This document shows, piece after piece, positions 60,997-64,000 of a stretch of 64,000 nt of DNA. This DNA is from Squalus acanthias (lineage: Eukaryota), in contig CM059429.1 in assembly GCA_030390025.1 (NCBI GenBank), positions 137,702,001 to 137,766,000 of the forward strand. Direction: 5' to 3'. Both the position numbers and the translations under genes were made by a program. The notes below the pieces were generated by a model, which was not told where the DNA came from, searched no databases, and saw nothing but the letters and a program-made list of their open reading frames with translations. Each line of letters begins with the position of its first letter. The stretch's first letter is position 1.

Positions 60997-62700
60997 ACAG
61001 AAAATGCTGGAAATACTCAGCAGCTCAGGCAGCATCTGTGGAGAGAGAAACAGAATTAACGTTTCAGGTCGATGACCCTTCGTCAGAACTGGAAAAAGTT
61101 ATAATGTAAGAGGTTTTAAACAAGTACAGAGGTAGGGAAAGGTGGGAGGGGAGGAAAGAACAAAAGGGAAGGTCCGTGATAGGGTGGAAGGCAGGAGAGA
61201 TTAAAAGACAAAGGGGATGATGGAGCAAGGTGGAAGGAGATGGTAATGGGACAAGTAAAGAAACAAAAAGATGGGTCTAGAGAGGTGAAAGTGGCAATAT
61301 CAGAATCATCAGCAACAGCTGCCATCTGAAAAAATGTGGGCAGAGGTTATGATCTGTAATTGTTGAACTCAATGTTGAGTCCGGAAGGCTGTAAAGTGTC
61401 TAATAGAAAGATGAGATGCTATTCCTCGAGCTTACGTTGAGCTTCGTTGGAACAATGTAGGAGGTCAAGGACTGAGAGGTCAGAGTGGGAGTGGAACAGA
61501 GAATTATAGTGACAGGCGACTGGAAGCTCGGGTCACACTTGAAGGGAGGTATTCCAGAAAGTGGTTGCCCAATCTGCATTTGGTCTCCCCAATGTAGAGG
61601 AGACGGCATCGTGAGCACCGAATACACTATACTAAATTGAAAGAAGTACAAGTAAATCACTGTTTCACCTGGAAGGAGTGTTTGGGGCCCTGGATGGTGG
61701 GAAGGGAGGAGGTAAAAGGGCAGGTGATGCACATCCTGCACTTGCACAGGAAGGTGCCATGGGAAGGGGAGGGGGTGTCGGGGGTGATAGAGGAGTGGAC
61801 CAGGGTGTCGCGGAGGGAACGGTCCCTTCGGAATGCTGAAAGGGGAGGGGTAGATGTGTTTGGTGGTGGGATCACGCTGGAGGTGCGGGAAATGGCGGAG
61901 GATGATCCGTTGACTGTGAAGGCTGCTGGGGTGGAAGGTGAGGACAAGGGGAACCCTATCATGGTTCTGGGAGGGAGGGAAAGGGGTGAGAGCAGAGGTG
62001 CAGGAAATGGAACGGACACGGTTGAGGGACTGTCAATTATGGTGGAGGGGAATCCTCGGTTGAGGAAAAGGAAAACCTGTCGTAAGCACTGGTATGGAAG
62101 TTGGCATCGTCGGAACCGATACAATAGAGACGGAGAAACTATGAAAATGGAATAGAGTCCTTACAGGGAGTGGGGTGGGAGGAAGTGTAGTCAAGGTAGC
62201 TGTGATAGTCAGTGGGTTTATAGTGGATATTGGTCGATAGCCTATCCCCAGAGATGGAGACAGAGAAGTCAAGGAAGGGAAGGGAAGAGTCGGTGATGGA
62301 CCATGTGAAGGTAGGGAAGGGTAGAAATTGGAAGCAAAGCTGATGAAATTTTCCAGTTCGGGGCGAGAGCAGGAAACGGCACCAATACAGTCATCAATGT
62401 ACCCTAAAAAGAGGTGAGGGAGGGGGCCTGAGTAGGACTGGAACAAAGAATGTTCCACATATCCCACAAAATGGCAGGCATAGCTAGGACCCATATGGTT
62501 TCCCATAGCAATACCTTTTATTTGGAGGAAGTGCGTGGAGTCAAAGGAGAAGTTGTTCAATGTGAGAACAAGTTCAGCCAGGTGGAGGAGGGTGGTGATG
62601 GATGGGGACTGGTTGGGCCTCCATTCAAGGTAGAAGCAGAGGGCTCTCAGGCCGTCCTGGTGGGGGATGGAGGTGTAGTGGGATTGGATGTCCATGGTGA
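60997..62700 (-). mobile_element. Penelope-like retroelement (RT + GIY-YIG endonuclease + 3' terminal repeat), degenerate
   Basis: TMDIQSHYTSIPH, NNFSFDSTHFLQIKGIAMG..MGPSYAC, YIDD, PLSAFRRDRSLRDTLV, Cys-rich linker CKCRMCITC, and a decayed GIY-YIG region near 61560-61640. Confidence 0.92.
61054..61090 (-). ncRNA. Minimal type I hammerhead ribozyme motif in the Penelope 3' end
   Basis: Minus strand reads AGTT-CTGACGA-AGGGTC atc GACCT-GAA-ACGT-T-AATT: intact cores, helix II, palindromic ACGT helix III, NUH = GUU, helix I AGTT/AATT (AACT in sister copies at 18215 and 19351). Confidence 0.72.
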
Positions 62701-63630
62701 TTGCTGTCATAACGTTTCTGACTCTACTGTTTCTGTTCAACTCTTGAGGCCAAATTTGATTGAACAAGACTCAATCATGCTCTCAGGCTCTTCTTCATCA
62801 AGTGTTCTGCTGGGGTATATCCAGTTGGCGTATGTGGAGTAGTTCTGTACTTCAGCAAGAAATTTGCCAAACGTTGTTTTATGCTGAGTCCCAAACAACC
62901 CTGCAACACTTGCTTTTTGAGAGCTTCTTTCACTATTCTGACTGAACTTTCAGCTGCTCCGTTTGAAGCGAGAGTGGACCGAGAGTGTATTTGATACCAT
63001 TCCATTTCATGAACTCTTGGAATAGAGCAGAACGGACCTGTGGGCCATTGTCAGAAACAAGCTCTTCAGTTAAGCTATGACATGCAAAGATAGACCTCAA
63101 CTCATCTATGGTACGTTCAGTTGTAGTATTTGAACCCATGTGTTTCACTTCCTTTTTGTTGTCGGTGCTTTGCATTCCCACTAGAATGGTCCTTACTTCC
63201 TGCTTTCGATCTAGCTCTGCAAGCTGTTGAAATATGGCCTTGCTTCTGGCAGTGACAACACTTCGCATTTCTGTATCAGCAGGACTGTGGTGAGTGATTT
63301 CCATTGCAGCGATAACAATTCACTGAACTGCTCTCACCGACATGCTTTTGACTTGGTCTCACAACTTTAGGTTTGGCGGTGGCTTTGTGACTGTAGACCT
63401 CAGCTGCACTAGTCACTTGAGTTGGATGAAGCTCCCTAGCATTCTTAGATGCCATCTCCATAGATCGGGCAATTTTGCATGCTATGTCAAACGTTAGGTT
63501 CAGCGTGTTCAGTAATTTGGAATGTTTGCGCTCATTCACCAGTCCACACACAAACTTATCTCGCAACGCACAATCCAAAAATGTGCCGAAGTTACAATGC
63601 AAAGACAGGTTCTTAAGAGCTACAATGTAG
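62701..63630 (-). mobile_element. Ty3/Gypsy LTR retrotransposon remnant: gag joined directly to integrase
   Basis: Gag YIVALKNLSLHCNFG..LRDKFVCGL..CYRCNGNH, then integrase ELVSDNGPQ, ASNGAAE and FLLKYRTTPHTPTGYTPAE. Protease/RT/RNase H are deleted. Confidence 0.88.
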
Positions 63631-64000
63631 TGTGATCGTGGTCTGCTGCGCCCGGCACAACATAGCGCAACTGCAATGATTAGTGGTGCATGAGGAGCAA
63701 GGCTCTGAGCACACAGCCTCTTCAGAGGAAGAGGAGGAGGAGGAGGAGGAACCTGCGGTCCATATCCCACCAGCACCCGAGCACATTGCTGCCCGGGAGG
63801 CCAGGGATGGCCTCATCATGGCCAGATTTACTTAACTTCAGGCATTACACACATATGGCTGCCATATCCTATGCCAGGCTCCCAACAGCCCACAGCAACA
63901 CCATAAAGCATCCCTACAATGACCAGGCCATTCCTTTCACACTGACCACCACTGCTGGAGGTAACGTTATGTTTCACCATTCACTCCAACTCACTAAGCC

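Overview
Eukaryotic, repeat-dense genomic DNA, almost certainly from a cartilaginous fish. The repeat set supports this: HE1-type V-SINEs, Deu-domain SINEs, CR1/L2 LINEs, Penelope elements and Harbinger-type MITEs. Most ORFs in the track are repeat debris. By reading splice sites I reconstructed two tandem + strand genes of the CD2/CD58/SLAM immunoglobulin family, each with leader, cysteine-free IgV, four-cysteine IgC2 and TM exons joined by phase-1 introns. Gene A (CDS 3824-13895, 249 aa) has a GC-AG intron and an in-frame TAA just after the TM helix, so it is nearly tailless (CD58-like). Gene B (41287 to beyond 56018) is the more CD2-like, and its last cytoplasmic exon is not securely located. 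The IgV exons of the two genes are colinear and far more alike than the other exons, yet by hand count show 45 amino-acid replacements against 9 silent changes in conserved codons. This suggests exon-restricted homogenisation followed by diversifying selection. Other notable items are minimal hammerhead ribozyme motifs in two Penelope families, a tRNA-Ser-primed LTR element, a class III-like ERV directly upstream of gene A, a young 1.6 kb solo LTR, and a recent templated fold-back insertion. All counts and alignments were done by eye, and no database search was possible.
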